A stretch of DNA of 64,000 nucleotides. Origin: Octopus bimaculoides (Eukaryota). The stretch's first letter is position 1, and each line of letters starts with the position of its first letter. Positions 62,524-64,000 of the stretch are shown here, piece by piece. The position numbers were made by a program, and so were the translations under genes. The stretch spans positions 25,156,463 to 25,220,462 of the forward strand of contig NC_068981.1 in NCBI RefSeq assembly GCF_001194135.2. Reading direction: 5' to 3'. The notes under the pieces are model-generated. The model saw only the letters and a list, made by a program, of their open reading frames with translations. It ran no database searches and had not been told where the DNA came from.

Positions 62524-63057
62524 ATTGCCGCCCAAATTGTAATTCTCATTTTCAACTACGACATTACTGTATCTTCAAGAAGTGGGGAATGTAAAAAACG
62601 CAATGACTCGAATGCATCATACGAAAGTCTGTTTATGAAATCCATTGGCCACAATTTCTTTGTACCTCCTTCGATGGTTCCCCACGAATTCTGCGACCCA
62701 CCACTTACTGCTGGAGTAAAAAGCTGCTCGCAATTTCTCCCTACTAACAAAATAGTCAGGGAAAGATCAACCTGTCCTTGGTACGTGACCATTATTCATG
62801 ATCCAACAATTTTCCCTCCCCGTCGAACTGAAGCAGTGTGCCGCTGTGAAGGGTGTATCGAATCGTACCGTCATCACAAATGTGTAACTGTGTTCACTAA
62901 AATGACTTTTCTCAAGCGTACACCTGAATGTATTGATGGACTGTATATGTATGTCCCATTGGTGATGGACGTGGCCGTTGCATGCACGTGCGCGGCGAAT
63001 ATCGAAAAGGTCGATAATGCTTCGATATATGATTATGTTTATGATACTGAAATTTAA
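62524..63057 (+). CDS. IL17-like: IL-17-like gene 4, exon 2 (spliced protein 182 aa, MKKISIAAQIVILIFNYDITVSSRSGEC...YDYVYDTEI*)
   Basis: Acceptor atctttctcacAG ends at 62523, followed by 37 open codons ahead of the ATG of ORF 62635..63057. Motifs RERSTCPW, TEAVCRCEGC, CVTV, ECIDGLY, VACTC. Confidence 0.93.
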   Translation: MAAQIVILIFNYDITVSSRSGECKKRNDSNASYESLFMKSIGHNFFVPPSMVPHEFCDPPLTAGVKSCSQFLPTNKIVRERSTCPWYVTIIHDPTIFPPRRTEAVCRCEGCIESYRHHKCVTVFTKMTFLKRTPECIDGLYMYVPLVMDVAVACTCAANIEKVDNASIYDYVYDTEI

Positions 63058-64000
63058 TCTGAACAAACGTTATAACGGCTATTGTAAGCTGCGTATAATG
63101 CAAAGTTTGTTTATCAGATTACACAGACAGACAGACAAACAGACAGACACAGACACACACACATACGTAAGTATAATGTATTTGAAACATTATAGACACG
63201 TATCAGAAATTATTCTTTTATTATTTCATCAGTGCATGCAATTTGATTTTTAAAACAAATTGTCGATATTTTTGCCGTTGGCACGTATCATAAGATGAAT
63301 ATCATTCGATAAGAAAAAAATAATAATAATAATAAAAAACTACCATAATAGTTTTGCTCTTGAACACAAATATATTCTCCTTTTCACAATCGATTTCGGC
63401 TAGTGCAATGGCAGTTGCTTATTACAAATGCATTTTTTTTTTTTAATTATTTCGAGCAAACTTGCGCTGAAAACTCGATGATTGACTTTTATCGATAACA
63501 GTTCGCCACAAAAGCAGTTATATACAATTCAATAAACTACATTGTTTGCCGATAGTTTACTTCATTGGTGCAAGTAATCAATATTTAAAACCTGAAGGTT
63601 ACCAAGAAAATCGTTATTCTAATAATTTTTTTTAGAAACTATATTATTTTCTTCGTTTCTTTAGTCTACTGCAATTACAGGATTAATTGCATTTCAGAGG
63701 TACAGCTTCAAATGTTTAGTTATTGATATCGACCCAAGTGACCCACCCAAGTGCATGCGTCAATCAAGTGCTATTTTTATTTATTTAAACCTATCTGTCG
63801 AACCGCTTGTGATAATAGTTTTTAGTGTCACTGAAAAACCTGTGCCGTCACATTCACTCATGCAGTAATTCTACAAGGCATATAAATAAATTTCGGCAAG
63901 TAAACTATATGGAGCGAATATGTCAAGATACCAATATACGTACATAAATATATATCAACAATAATAATAATAATAATGAAAAGGATTATTACGAAGTGCC

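Overview
AT-rich, microsatellite-dense animal DNA from a draft assembly with many N gaps. The SINE and LINE content and the gene family point to an octopus (coleoid cephalopod); this is inferred, not database-confirmed. The only host genes are four co-oriented (+ strand) interleukin-17-like genes. Each has a ~500-530 nt main exon starting in phase 0 after a polypyrimidine/AG acceptor (4035, 38402, 50621, 62524). For genes 2-4 I found a 15-nt coding micro-exon (MKSFQ, MKITK, MKKIS, each followed by GTAAGT) 3-4 kb upstream, behind a shared TTTCC...TATA promoter block; the ORF track misses these. The paralogues differ in cysteine pattern and C-terminal tail (acidic Tyr-rich versus basic or amidation-type), and gene 4 looks mosaic. 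The rest is mobile DNA. It includes a ~14 kb pile-up of at least seven R4/Dong-type RLE non-LTR retrotransposon fragments at (TAA)n microsatellites, a second R4 group at 42-44 kb, Penelope-like RT fragments, a Tc1/mariner relic, two Helentron-type non-autonomous elements, MITE-like elements, three tRNA-derived SINE families and long fold-back hairpins. The most unexpected signal is at least seven minimal type-I hammerhead-ribozyme-like motifs (CUGANGA...GAAAC-palindromic loop-GUH), several with a long 52-60 nt helix II. No rRNA, intact tRNA or CRISPR array is supported.
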